DNA of 63,922 bases, filler included, from Candidatus Aminicenantales bacterium (GTDB taxonomy: Bacteria > Acidobacteriota > Aminicenantia > Aminicenantales > Saccharicenantaceae), in NCBI GenBank assembly GCA_049512315.1. It is 3 parts of 3 records of this genome, joined end to end, with 100 filler letters (N's around TTAATTAATTAA, not from the genome) between each part and the next. Parts side by side here need not be neighbours in the genome. Positions count along the whole stretch, not along the records: positions 1 to 23,829 come from JBEKXF010000039.1; 2 more parts are not named here. One strand, 5' to 3'. The notes beneath the pieces are model-generated. The model saw only the letters and a program-made list of their open reading frames with translations. It searched no databases and was not told the DNA's origin. A program made the translations under genes and the position numbers. Shown piece after piece: positions 8,920 to 18,776 of this stretch (its first letter is position 1; the number at the start of each line of letters is the position of its first letter).

Positions 8920-9135
8920 ATGGACAAAGAGTTCACGACGGTGACCATCCCGACCTCTCTCCATAAGAAGATCGAGGAATTCATCAAGGGGACCGAGTAC
9001 GGCTCCGTCTCGAGCTACGTCACGAAAGTCCTCAGGGAGAGCCTCTCCAAGGGAGAACCCGCGACGGAGGCGTTCACCAAGGACGAGGAGGAGAAGGTGA
9101 AGGAGAGGTTGAAGGCCTTGGGATATATCGATTGA
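8920..9135 (+). CDS. CopG/RHH-family small regulator with C-terminal ERLKALGY tail
   Basis: TTVTIPTSLHKKIEE...SVSSYVTKVLRE beta-alpha-alpha pattern; RBS GAGGAG before ATG 8920. Confidence 0.8.
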   Translation: MDKEFTTVTIPTSLHKKIEEFIKGTEYGSVSSYVTKVLRESLSKGEPATEAFTKDEEEKVKERLKALGYID

Positions 9136-9207
9136 TCCCCGCAAGGGGCAGACCTGCTTTTTCCTGCAGTCCCGCACGACGATCCGGACCAATTCAAGGA
9201 GGAGACC

Positions 9208-10353
9208 ATGATCCAGCCCCACGGCGGCAGGCTCGTTGATAGGGTTCTCAGAGGCGATGAGAAAGATAAGGCCATGGCCCTGGCCGGTGGCCTCCCCAGT
9301 CTCACCATTGATTCAGAGCTCGTCTCGGACGTCGAAAATATCGCCACGGGCGTGTACAGCCCCCTCGAGGGGTTCATGGGGCCGGAGGATTTCCGGAACG
9401 TCCTCAACGGGATGCGCCTTCGGAACGACCTCCCTTGGACGATCCCCATCGTCCTCGACGTGGACCGGCAGACGGCCGCCGGCCTGAAAACCGGCGGGGA
9501 GCTTATCCTCCGGGCGAACGGCCGGCCCGTCGCCCTCATGCGGCTCGACGAGGCTTACGGGTTCGACAAGGAGGAAACCGCCGAAAAGATCTTCGGGACG
9601 ACGGACCCCGCCCATCCCGGGGTGGCCGAGGTCCGGGCGATGAAAGAGGTCCTCCTGGCCGGCCCCGTCGACCTCCTCGAGGCGACGCCGACGCCCTTCG
9701 ACCGGTGGAAGCTCAGTCCCAAGGAGACGCGGGTCCTGTTCAAGGAAAAGGGCTGGCGGACTGTGGTCGGCTTCCAGACGAGGAACACCCCGCATATCGG
9801 CCACGAGTATGTCCAGAAGGCCGCCCTGACGTTCACCGACGGCATCTTCATCAACCCCGTCATCGGACGGAAGAAAAAGGGGGATTTCAAGGACGAAGTC
9901 ATCCTGGCCTCCTACGAGGAGCTCATCCGGCATTATTACCTGAAGGAGCGGGCGGTCATGGCCATCCTCCAGATGGAGATGCGCTACGCCGGCCCTCGGG
10001 AGGCCATCCACCACGCCGTCATCCGGAAGAACTTCGGCTGCACCCACATCATCATCGGCCGCGACCACGCCGGGGTCGGGAGCTATTACCAGCCCTACGC
10101 CGCCCAGGACATCTTCGAGGAATTCCCGGACCTGGGTATCATGCCGCTGTTCTTCAGGTCCTTCTATTATTGCCGGAAGTGCGGCTCGGTGGTCAACGAG
10201 AAGATCTGCCCCCACCCGCCCTCCGAGCAGATCCAGTTCAGCGGGACGAAGATCCGGGACATGCTGGTCAAGGGCGAGGTCCCGCCCCCCGAGCTGATGC
10301 GGCCCGAAGTGGCCAAGGTCATCATGCAGTTCAAGGACCCCTTCAACGAATAG
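9208..10353 (+). CDS. sat: Sulfate adenylyltransferase
   Basis: PHGG, FQTRN..HIGHE, RYAGPREA, GRDHAGVG, CxxC..CPH zinc site. Confidence 0.96.
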   Translation: MIQPHGGRLVDRVLRGDEKDKAMALAGGLPSLTIDSELVSDVENIATGVYSPLEGFMGPEDFRNVLNGMRLRNDLPWTIPIVLDVDRQTAAGLKTGGELILRANGRPVALMRLDEAYGFDKEETAEKIFGTTDPAHPGVAEVRAMKEVLLAGPVDLLEATPTPFDRWKLSPKETRVLFKEKGWRTVVGFQTRNTPHIGHEYVQKAALTFTDGIFINPVIGRKKKGDFKDEVILASYEELIRHYYLKERAVMAILQMEMRYAGPREAIHHAVIRKNFGCTHIIIGRDHAGVGSYYQPYAAQDIFEEFPDLGIMPLFFRSFYYCRKCGSVVNEKICPHPPSEQIQFSGTKIRDMLVKGEVPPPELMRPEVAKVIMQFKDPFNE

Positions 10354-10381
10354 CGGGAGAGAGGGGGCCGGAGGTCATGCC

Positions 10382-11770
10382 ATGAACGGAAGAAAAGTCC
10401 TCGTCGTCGGGCTGGACTGCGCGCCGGGGGAGATCGTCTTCGACCGCAGCTCCGAGCTGCCGGTCCTCAAGAGCCTCATCAACCGGGGCGTCTCCGGAAG
10501 GCTCAGGAGCTCGGACCCGCCGATCACCATCCCGGCCTGGATGGTCATGGCGACCGGCCGCGACCCCGGGCGCCTCGGCCTCTACGGCTTCCGCCACCGG
10601 AAGGGCTATTCCTACGACAAGATGTGGATCGCCAACTCCCTCGCGGTCAGGGAGAAAAAGCTCTGGGACTATATCGGCGAGCAGGGGGGGAAAAGCACTC
10701 TGGTCAGCGTCCCGCCGAGCTACCCGGTCTATCCCGTCGCCGGGAACATGATCTCCTGCTTCATCACCCCTCCGGGCCCGGGCAAGGAGTACACATTCCC
10801 CCCCGCTCTCAAGAACGAAATCGAGGAGCGGTTCGGCCCCTACATCTTTGACGTCGTCTTCCGGACCGAGGACCGGGACAAGATCCTCGCCGAGATCTAC
10901 GCCATGTCCGAGAAGCGGTTCGAGGTCATGGAATGGCTCATCGCCGAGAAGCCCTGGAACCTCTTCATGTTCGTCGAGATCGGCGTCGACCGGGTCCACC
11001 ACGCTTTCTGGAAGTTCATGGACGCCGCCCATCACCTTCATGAGCCGGGGAGCAGGTTCCAGAACGCCATCATCGATTACTACAAGTTCCTTGACGCGAA
11101 GATCGGGCGGCTCATCGCCCGGGCCGGGGACGACACAGTCGTGCTGGTCGTCTCCGACCACGGCGCAAAGCGAATGAAGGGGGCCTTCTGCATCAACGAG
11201 TGGCTCATCGAGCAGGGTGACCTCGCCGTCAAGGAGCGACCGGGGAAGCCGACGAGCCTGGACGACCTCCCGATCGACTGGGCCAAAACCAAAGCCTGGG
11301 CCTGGGGCGGCTACTACGCCCGGGTCTTCCTCAACGTCGAGGGCCGTGAGCCCCAGGGCATCATCCCTCCCGAAGATTATGAGAAGGAGCGGGACGCCCT
11401 CATCGAACGGCTCCTGGCAATCCGCGGGCCGAACGGAGAACCCTGGGCGACCAAGGTCATCAAGCCCCAGGAATACTACGAGGAACTCGAAGGGGAATAC
11501 CCGGACCTCATGGTCTATTTCGACGACCTGTATTGGAGGTCGGCGGGGACCCTGGGATACGGGACGAAATATCTGCTCGAGAACGACACCGGGCCGGACG
11601 ACGCCGTCCACGCCCAGCAGGGGATCTTCATCCTGTCCGACCCGAGGGTCCGGACGAAAAAGAGCATGAACGCCGATATCCTGGATATCGCCCCCACGGT
11701 CCTCGACATCCTGGGGATCCCGAGGCCGGAGGGCCTGAAGGGCAAGGTCATCCTCAGGTCGCAGTCTTGA
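10382..11770 (+). CDS. Alkaline phosphatase superfamily (nucleotide pyrophosphatase/phosphodiesterase-like) protein
   Basis: GLDCA, PPITIPAW..MATG, DRVHH, VSDHG, GPDDAVH, DIAPT. Confidence 0.88.
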   Translation: MNGRKVLVVGLDCAPGEIVFDRSSELPVLKSLINRGVSGRLRSSDPPITIPAWMVMATGRDPGRLGLYGFRHRKGYSYDKMWIANSLAVREKKLWDYIGEQGGKSTLVSVPPSYPVYPVAGNMISCFITPPGPGKEYTFPPALKNEIEERFGPYIFDVVFRTEDRDKILAEIYAMSEKRFEVMEWLIAEKPWNLFMFVEIGVDRVHHAFWKFMDAAHHLHEPGSRFQNAIIDYYKFLDAKIGRLIARAGDDTVVLVVSDHGAKRMKGAFCINEWLIEQGDLAVKERPGKPTSLDDLPIDWAKTKAWAWGGYYARVFLNVEGREPQGIIPPEDYEKERDALIERLLAIRGPNGEPWATKVIKPQEYYEELEGEYPDLMVYFDDLYWRSAGTLGYGTKYLLENDTGPDDAVHAQQGIFILSDPRVRTKKSMNADILDIAPTVLDILGIPRPEGLKGKVILRSQS

Positions 11771-11820
11771 CATGATCGCCAGAACGCAGAGCTGACGTCA
11801 ACGCAAAGGAGCTCAACAAC

Positions 11821-12354
11821 ATGTGCCAAGAACAGGCCGGATTCACCCTATGGTTCACGGGCCTTCCCTGCTCGGGCAAGTCGGCCGTGGCCAACCGGGT
11901 CGCCGCGATCCTCAAGGACCGGGGCCTCCGCGTGGAACGGCTGGACGGCGATGTCGTCCGCCAGGACCTGACCCGCGACTTGGGGTTTTCCAAGAAGGAC
12001 CGCGACGAGAATATCCGCCGGGTGACGTTCGTCACCAAGCTGCTCTCCAGGAACGGGGTTGCCGTCCTGACGTCGTTCATCTCCCCCTACCGGGAGATGA
12101 GGGACCGGGCCCGGCGAGAGGCCACCAACTTCATCGAGATCTACGCCAAGTGCCCGGTCGAGGTCTGCATGGAGCGCGACGTCAAGGGGATGTATCAGAA
12201 GGCCCTCCGGGGCGAGATCAAGGAGTTCACCGGGGTGTCGGACCCCTACGAGGAGCCCTTGAACCCTGAGATCGTGCTCGAGACCGACAAAGAGACACTC
12301 GAGCAAAGCGTCCAGAACGTCCTTTCGAAGCTTGGCGAATTGGGCTATCTTTAG
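11821..12354 (+). CDS. cysC: Adenylyl-sulfate kinase
   Basis: WFTGLPCSGKS, LDGDVVR, ENIRR, FTGVSDPYEEP. Confidence 0.96.
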   Translation: MCQEQAGFTLWFTGLPCSGKSAVANRVAAILKDRGLRVERLDGDVVRQDLTRDLGFSKKDRDENIRRVTFVTKLLSRNGVAVLTSFISPYREMRDRARREATNFIEIYAKCPVEVCMERDVKGMYQKALRGEIKEFTGVSDPYEEPLNPEIVLETDKETLEQSVQNVLSKLGELGYL

Positions 12355-12429
12355 ACCGGGCCGGAGTTGACCCGGCCGCGAAATTCCGTATAATCGGGCT
12401 TCGGCCGAAGAGACACAGAGAAGGGAACC

Positions 12430-13368
12430 ATGGCGATTTATCTCGTGACGGGCGGGGCGGGCTTCATCGGCTCGCACATCGCGGAGTCCCTTGTCGACAG
12501 GGGGGACGAGGTCCGGGTCCTCGACAACCTCCTGACGGGGAAGCGGGAGAACATGGCCGCGTTCGCCGACCGCGTCCGGTTCATCGAAGGGGACATCCGG
12601 GACCTCGAGACCTGCCGGCGGGCGGTCGAGGGCGTGGACCACGTTCTGCACGAAGCCGCCCTGCCTTCGGTCCCCCGTTCGGTCGAAAACCCTCTCCTGA
12701 CGCATGAGATCAACGTCACGGGCACGCTCAACCTGCTCGTCGCGGCCAGGGACGCCGGAGCGCGGAGCTTCGTCCTGGCCTCCTCGTCCGCCGTCTATGG
12801 GGATGAGTCCAGCCCGCTGAAGCTCGAGGGGAAAGAGGGCAGGCCCCTTTCGCCCTACGCCATCCACAAGCTCGTGGGCGAAAAGTACGGAGAGGTCTTC
12901 CACGACATTTTTGGGTTGAAAACGGTCGCCCTTCGATATTTCAACGTGTTCGGGCCCCGGCAGGACCCATTTTCCCAGTATGCGGCCGTTATCCCGCTCT
13001 TCATCACCAAAGTCCTTCAGGGCGAATCCCCGGTGATCTACGGCGACGGCGAACAATCGCGAGATTTCATCTACGTGAAGAATGTGGCCGAAGCCAACCT
13101 GATGGCGGCGGAGTCCGGCGGCGCGGTTAGGGGAGAGTCCATCAACATCGCCTGCGGCGAGAGGCTGACCGTCAATGCCCTCCTTGCCGCCGTGAATGAG
13201 GTCCTCGGGACGGACATCCGGCCGGTCTACGCCGACCCGAGGCCCGGCGACATCAAGCACTCGACCGCCGACGTCGGCAAGGCCCGTCGCCTCATGGGCT
13301 ACAAGCCCGGCGTTTCTTTCATGGACGGTCTCAAGGAGACCATAGCCTGGTACAAGAAAAGGAGCTGA
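12430..13368 (+). CDS. NAD-dependent UDP-hexose(NAc) epimerase/dehydratase (WbpP-like)
   Basis: TGGAGFIGSH, SSSAVYG, YxxxK (PYAIHK), RYFNVFGPRQ. Confidence 0.9.
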   Translation: MAIYLVTGGAGFIGSHIAESLVDRGDEVRVLDNLLTGKRENMAAFADRVRFIEGDIRDLETCRRAVEGVDHVLHEAALPSVPRSVENPLLTHEINVTGTLNLLVAARDAGARSFVLASSSAVYGDESSPLKLEGKEGRPLSPYAIHKLVGEKYGEVFHDIFGLKTVALRYFNVFGPRQDPFSQYAAVIPLFITKVLQGESPVIYGDGEQSRDFIYVKNVAEANLMAAESGGAVRGESINIACGERLTVNALLAAVNEVLGTDIRPVYADPRPGDIKHSTADVGKARRLMGYKPGVSFMDGLKETIAWYKKRS

Positions 13369-13372
13369 GATC

Positions 13373-14692
13373 ATGAATTCCGAAGCCTTGAAGCTGCTCA
13401 AGAAGATCGAGAGGAAGGAGGCCCGCGTCGGCGTCATCGGCCTAGGCTACGTCGGCCTGCCCCTCATCAAGACGTTCCTCCAGAAGGGTTTCACCGTCAC
13501 CGGGTTCGACATCGACCGGAGGAAGATCGACCTGCTCAACCGCGGCAAGAGCTACATCCGCCACATCTCGGCGGCCGAGGTCAAGGGCTTCCTGGCCGGG
13601 AAAAAATTCGGGGCCACGGCGGACTTCCGGCGCCTCCGTGACATGGATGCGATCCTTATCTGCGTCCCGACGCCCCTCGACGGGCACATGAACCCCGACC
13701 TGTCCTACGTCCTCAACACGACGGTCACGGTCGCCGAACACGTCCGCCGGGGCCAGCTCGTTGTCCTCGAAAGCACGACCTACCCCGGGACGACCGACGA
13801 GGAGATGCTCCCCATCCTCGAGGCCGGCGGTCTCAAGGGCGGCCGTGACTTTTTCCTGGCCTTCTCGCCCGAGCGCGAGGACCCGGGGAACAAGAACTTC
13901 TCGACGGCCACGACCCCCAAGGTCGTCGGCGGCCTGACGGCCGACTGCCTCCGGCTGGCCAAGGCGCTCTACGACCAGATCATCGTCCGGACGGTCCCCG
14001 TGTCGTCGACCAAGGCGGCCGAGTCGACCAAGCTGCTGGAGAACATCTTCCGCTCCGTCAACATCGCCCTGGTCAACGAGCTGAAGATGATCTTCGACCG
14101 GATGGGCATCGATGTCTGGGAAGTCATCCGGGCCGCCTCCTCCAAGCCCTTCGGCTTCATGCCGTTCTATCCCGGCCCCGGCCTGGGCGGGCACTGCATC
14201 CCGATCGATCCCTTTTACCTGACCTGGAAGGCCAAGGAGGTCGATTATCAGACGAAGTTCATCGAGCTCGCCGGCGAGATCAACACTTTCATGCCGTACT
14301 ATGTCACGGAAAAGACGGTCGCCGCCTTAAACGAGCGGGGGAGATCGATCAAGGGCGCCAGGGTCCTCGTCCTCGGGGTGGCTTACAAGAGGGACATCGA
14401 CGACTCCCGCGAGTCGCCATCCCTCAAGATCATCAGCCTGCTCCAGGGCAAGGGGGCCAAGGTCTCTTACAACGACCCTTACATCCCGCGCGCCAGGGCC
14501 TTCCGGGAATACCCCGACATGGACCTCAAGTCCATCCCGCTGACGGCGGTACGGCTGAAGAAGACGGACGCCGTGATCATCTCCACGGACCACTCCGCGT
14601 ACGACTATGATTGGATCGTGAAGCACGCCCCGCTCGTCGTCGACACGAGGCACGCCATCAAGAGGAAGCACCGGAACGTCGTCAAAGCCTGA
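13373..14692 (+). CDS. UDP-N-acetylhexosamine dehydrogenase (WbpA/WecC family)
   Basis: GLGYVGLP, CVPTP, ESTTYPGTT, GGHCIPIDP. Confidence 0.92.
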   Translation: MNSEALKLLKKIERKEARVGVIGLGYVGLPLIKTFLQKGFTVTGFDIDRRKIDLLNRGKSYIRHISAAEVKGFLAGKKFGATADFRRLRDMDAILICVPTPLDGHMNPDLSYVLNTTVTVAEHVRRGQLVVLESTTYPGTTDEEMLPILEAGGLKGGRDFFLAFSPEREDPGNKNFSTATTPKVVGGLTADCLRLAKALYDQIIVRTVPVSSTKAAESTKLLENIFRSVNIALVNELKMIFDRMGIDVWEVIRAASSKPFGFMPFYPGPGLGGHCIPIDPFYLTWKAKEVDYQTKFIELAGEINTFMPYYVTEKTVAALNERGRSIKGARVLVLGVAYKRDIDDSRESPSLKIISLLQGKGAKVSYNDPYIPRARAFREYPDMDLKSIPLTAVRLKKTDAVIISTDHSAYDYDWIVKHAPLVVDTRHAIKRKHRNVVKA

Positions 14693-14696
14693 CCGA

Positions 14697-15683
14697 TCAG
14701 CAGATTCGGGGCAGGAGCTCAGAGGTCAGGGGCTCGAGGAGCCTGAGCCCTCCCGATACCGTCCGGAGCAGCAGCTCGCCAGGCTTTCCCACTTGGTCCT
14801 GGACCTCCCCGATGATGGCGGCCTTCCGCCCCAGGGGATGTCTCCGGACCCGCCCGAGAAACTCGCCGGCTTTTCGCGCCGGGGCGATGACCACGGCCTT
14901 CCCTTCGCACGCCATGTAGAGGGGGTCGATTCCCAGGATCTCGCTGGCCCCGCGGACGGCCCTGGAAAGGGGGATCCTGGATTCGTCGACGAGGACCGGA
15001 AAGCGAAGCCGTTCGGCCAGCTCAGAGAGGACCGTGGCTAGCCCGCCCCTGGTGATGTCCCTCATCCAGAGGGCGCCCTTTTTCCAGAGCGGGAGGAGGA
15101 AGAGGAGCGGGGCGCAGTCGCTCCGGGCCTTCGACCTCAGGCCGAAATCCCCCCTCGCGACGAGGACGGCCAGGCTGTGATCTCCGAGCGTCCCGGTCAG
15201 GATCACCTTGTCGCCGGGCCTGATCCTCCCTACGGCCGGCCGGCCGAGCGAGGCGCCGATGCCGGCCGTGTTGATGTAGACCTTGTCGCCCTGGCCCCGG
15301 CGGACGACCTTGGTGTCGCCGGTGACGACCCGGACGCCGGCCTTCCGGGCGGCCGACCGGAGGGATTTCACGATCTTTTCCAGGACATCCCACTCGAGGC
15401 CTTCCTCCAGGATGAACGAGAGCGAAAGGTATTTCGGGACCGCGCCCGAGACCACGAGGTCATTGACCGTGCCGTTGATCGCGAGCATCCCGATGTCCCC
15501 GCCGGGGAAAAACAGGGGGTCCACGACGTAGCTGTCCGTCGTGAAGGCCATTCCCCCCGGCAGGAGCCCGGAGTCGGAGAGCTCGCTGAGGATGGGGTTC
15601 TTGAAGGACGGAAGGATCTGGTCGGCGACGAAATCGCGCATGAGGCGTCCGCCGCTGCCGAGCTCCAGGCTGATCTTTTTCAC
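14697..15683 (-). CDS. hypE: Hydrogenase maturation protein HypE
   Basis: GSGG, TDSYVVDPLFFPGGDIG, GTVND, C-terminal PRIC; GTG start. Confidence 0.95.
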   Translation of the reverse strand: MKKISLELGSGGRLMRDFVADQILPSFKNPILSELSDSGLLPGGMAFTTDSYVVDPLFFPGGDIGMLAINGTVNDLVVSGAVPKYLSLSFILEEGLEWDVLEKIVKSLRSAARKAGVRVVTGDTKVVRRGQGDKVYINTAGIGASLGRPAVGRIRPGDKVILTGTLGDHSLAVLVARGDFGLRSKARSDCAPLLFLLPLWKKGALWMRDITRGGLATVLSELAERLRFPVLVDESRIPLSRAVRGASEILGIDPLYMACEGKAVVIAPARKAGEFLGRVRRHPLGRKAAIIGEVQDQVGKPGELLLRTVSGGLRLLEPLTSELLPRIC

Positions 15684-16792
15684 GGGACTCTCCCGGAGGC
15701 GCGGTTGTACTTGTAATGGATGAGGCAGGCCCCCTCGTAGGAGACCATGCAGGGGCCGAGCGGAGATTCCGGGGTGCACTTCGTGCCGAACAGCCGGCAG
15801 CCGTCCGGCCGGACCACGGCCCTCAGAACCTCGCCGCAGCGGCAGCCGCGGAGAGGGCGTCCGGCCCCGGGAATCCTGAGGCCGTACTTTATTTCGGCGT
15901 CGAACGAAGCGTATTTCTCTTTGAACCGGAGACCGCTCTGCGGGATCCTCCCCAGGCCCCTCCACGCGGCGTCATAGGGCTCGAAGACCTCATCCATGAC
16001 GGCCCGGGCCGCAGGATTTCCGTCCGTCCGGACCGCCCGGGAGTATTCGAGGGCGACGCGCGGCTTCCCTTCAAGGACCTGTTCGAGGACGGACCGGACG
16101 GCCAGGAGGATGTCCCCGGGCTCGAAGCCGGCCACGGCCCCGGCGACGCCGAACGTCTCGGCCACGAATTCATAAGGACGAAGGCCGATGATGGCGCTCA
16201 CATGGCCCGGGTAAATGAAGCCGTTCACCGCGACCTCGTCCGCTTCCAGGATGGCCCTAAGGGCGGGCGGGATGAGCCAGAGGGCCCGCAGCACGGAAAA
16301 GTTCGATAGACCCTCCGCAGCCGCCTCCCTCACGGTCACGGCAATGGCCGGGATGGTCGTTTCGAAGCCGGCCCCGAAAAAAACCGCGTCGCGCGCAGGA
16401 TCCCGGCGGGCCTCTTCCAAGGCCTCCTCCGGGGAATAGACGACCTTGGCTCTCGAATTCCTAGCCGGGACGGACGTCTGAAGAGACCCCTTCCGGGTCG
16501 GGACCCGGGTCATATCGCCGAAAGTGGCCAGAGTGAGGCCCTCTCTTCCTGTCAGGAGGTCGATGGCGGCCTCATGGATGCCGTCCGGAGTGATGCACAC
16601 GGGACAGCCCGGGCCGGAGATCATCTCGACTCCGGCCTCGGCCAGGAGGGGCGTCAGGCCATGCCTGAAGAGGGACATTGTGTGAGTGCCGCAGACTTCC
16701 ATGACCCGGATGGGAGAAGGGAGGGCGGAGGTCCTTTCCGAGATGTCGCGGAGGAGCCGGCGGATGGCCTTTTCGTCCCTGAGCTCTTTCAT
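15680..16792 (-). CDS. hypD: Hydrogenase maturation protein HypD
   Basis: MEVCGTHT, GPGCPVC, GFETT, PGHVS, CMVSYEGAC. Confidence 0.96.
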   Translation of the reverse strand: MKELRDEKAIRRLLRDISERTSALPSPIRVMEVCGTHTMSLFRHGLTPLLAEAGVEMISGPGCPVCITPDGIHEAAIDLLTGREGLTLATFGDMTRVPTRKGSLQTSVPARNSRAKVVYSPEEALEEARRDPARDAVFFGAGFETTIPAIAVTVREAAAEGLSNFSVLRALWLIPPALRAILEADEVAVNGFIYPGHVSAIIGLRPYEFVAETFGVAGAVAGFEPGDILLAVRSVLEQVLEGKPRVALEYSRAVRTDGNPAARAVMDEVFEPYDAAWRGLGRIPQSGLRFKEKYASFDAEIKYGLRIPGAGRPLRGCRCGEVLRAVVRPDGCRLFGTKCTPESPLGPCMVSYEGACLIHYKYNRASGRVP

Positions 16793-17013
16793 GGGCTTGT
16801 TTTTGCCAGCTCCCGGAAGAGGCGGAGTGTCTTGCGGGCTTCCTTCTCGTCCATGATGGAGATGGCGAATCCGGCATGGACGATGACCCAGTCGCCGACC
16901 CTGGCCTGGGGCAGGAGAGTAAAATTCGTCCTGACCTCGCTGCCGAGGTAGTCGACGAGGCCCAGGCCCTGCTCCTCGAGCCGGGTGATCTTGGCCGGGA
17001 CCGCCAGACACAT
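16789..17013 (-). CDS. hypC: Hydrogenase chaperone HypC
   Basis: MCLAVPA, VGDWVIVHAGFA. Confidence 0.96.
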   Translation of the reverse strand: MCLAVPAKITRLEEQGLGLVDYLGSEVRTNFTLLPQARVGDWVIVHAGFAISIMDEKEARKTLRLFRELAKTSP

Positions 17014-17117
17014 TGTCCGCTCGCTTTCTGAACTAATCTACCAGAAGCGCCCGGCCCGGTCCAGACCCGCTTTCCGCGCGTTTATTTCCGCCGCCCCGCA
17101 TGATATAATAATCAGCC

Positions 17118-17885
17118 ATGTGGGAAAGCCTCAAAGGGTACATCCGGCCCGGGAGCGAGGAGGACGGCCTCGTCCGCCAAGTTGATTTCTCCCGGCTTCC
17201 CCGGCACGTGGCCGTCATCATGGACGGCAACGGCCGTTGGGCCCGGCAGAAGGGGCTGTCCCGGATCGAGGGGCACAAGGCCGCGTCGCGGTCGGTCCGG
17301 GAAACGATCGAAACGAGCGCCAGAATGGGCATCCAATTCCTGACGCTTTATGCTTTTTCCAAGGAGAACTGGAAGAGGCCCCGTCCGGAAGTCATCCGCC
17401 TCTGGGCGTTCCTCCGCGACTACCTGAAGAAGGAAGGCCGGGCCCTCATGGAGAACGGCCTCCGGCTGAGGGTCATCGGGGAGAAAAAAGGCATCCCCGG
17501 GCCGGTCCTGAAGGAGCTCGAAAGGGTCGAGAGAGCGACCGCGACGAACAGCGGGATGACGCTCATCCTAGCCCTGAATTACGGCGGCCGGGCGGAGATC
17601 GTCGAGGCCGTCCGGAAGATCGTCCGGGGCGGCCGGGTCCGGCCCCAGGACCTCGACGAGGAGCGTTTCGCCGGCTATCTGGACACGGCCGGGATCCCCG
17701 ACCCGGACCTGCTCATCCGGACGAGCGGCGAACTCCGGGTCTCGAACTTCCTCCTCTGGCAGATCGCCTACACCGAGATCTGGATCACGCCGGTCCTGTG
17801 GCCCGATTTCCGGACGCACGACCTGCTCCGGGCCGTCGTCGATTACCAGAAGCGGGACAGGCGGTTCGGGGATGTTCATTCATGA
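17118..17885 (+). CDS. uppS: Undecaprenyl diphosphate synthase
   Basis: HVAVIMDGNGRWA, YAFSKENW, RTSGELRVSNFLLWQ. Confidence 0.96.
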   Translation: MWESLKGYIRPGSEEDGLVRQVDFSRLPRHVAVIMDGNGRWARQKGLSRIEGHKAASRSVRETIETSARMGIQFLTLYAFSKENWKRPRPEVIRLWAFLRDYLKKEGRALMENGLRLRVIGEKKGIPGPVLKELERVERATATNSGMTLILALNYGGRAEIVEAVRKIVRGGRVRPQDLDEERFAGYLDTAGIPDPDLLIRTSGELRVSNFLLWQIAYTEIWITPVLWPDFRTHDLLRAVVDYQKRDRRFGDVHS

Positions 17886-17956
17886 CGAAAAGTCCGGGGC
17901 TGACCTGCAGGCCGGCCCGTCCCACGAATAAACCATCGGAGATCAAGTGAGCTGAC

Positions 17957-18763
17957 ATGAGCCTTCGGAAACGCATCCCCACCGCTATCATCCTGATCGG
18001 ACTCGTTTTTGTGGTCTGCCAATACGCCCCGAAGATCGTCCTCTACATCTTCCAGCAGGCGTTCATCGTGGCCGCCCTGGTCGAATTCTACAAGCTGGCT
18101 GAGCGGAAGGGGCTCCTGCCGCAGAAAGCGCTCGGGATCGGGCTGGCCCTGGTCGTGAGCCCAGCCTTTTATTTCACATCCTTCCCATTGGAGGTCGCGC
18201 TTTTCGGCGGGCTCCTCGTCTCGGCCGTTTATTTCGTGGCCTACTTCAACACCCCGGAGAAGCTGCCCTATTTTCCGGCGTCCTTCGCCATCACCATCCT
18301 CGGAACGATCTACCTCAGCTTCCCACTTAACTTCATCTATAAGATCCGGCTCGATGACGGCCCCTTCTACCTGTATTTTCTCTTCTCGGTCGTTTTCCTG
18401 GGCGACACGGGCGCGATGTTCATCGGCAAGGCCTTTGGGCGCCACAAGATGACGCCCGTCGCCAGCCCCAACAAGACGTGGGAGGGGAGCGCGGGCGGGA
18501 TCCTGTTCGCGATCGGGGGGGCGGTCCTGGCCCAGCAGATCCTGCTCCGGTCGGTCCCCCTCTGGAGGGCCATCCTCTGCGCCGTCCTCGTCCACGCCGC
18601 GGCCCAGGTAAGTGACCCTCTCGAATCCCTCTTCAAGCGCGCCGTAGGCGTCAAGGACTCCTCCAACGCCCTTCCCGGCCACGGCGGCTTCCTCGACCGG
18701 ATCGACAGCCTGATCCTGGCCAGCCCCCTGTTCTACTTCATCGTCAAGTATTTCTGGAAGTGA
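17957..18763 (+). CDS. cdsA: Phosphatidate cytidylyltransferase
   Basis: SPNKTWEG, ES.FKR..GVKDS...PGHGGFLDRIDS. Confidence 0.95.
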   Translation: MSLRKRIPTAIILIGLVFVVCQYAPKIVLYIFQQAFIVAALVEFYKLAERKGLLPQKALGIGLALVVSPAFYFTSFPLEVALFGGLLVSAVYFVAYFNTPEKLPYFPASFAITILGTIYLSFPLNFIYKIRLDDGPFYLYFLFSVVFLGDTGAMFIGKAFGRHKMTPVASPNKTWEGSAGGILFAIGGAVLAQQILLRSVPLWRAILCAVLVHAAAQVSDPLESLFKRAVGVKDSSNALPGHGGFLDRIDSLILASPLFYFIVKYFWK

Positions 18764-18776
18764 GCGGCAGGGATCC

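Noticed and set aside
14697..17013. hypCDE without hydrogenase, hypA, hypB or hypF nearby
   Set aside because: Dispersed maturation genes are common and the motifs are canonical
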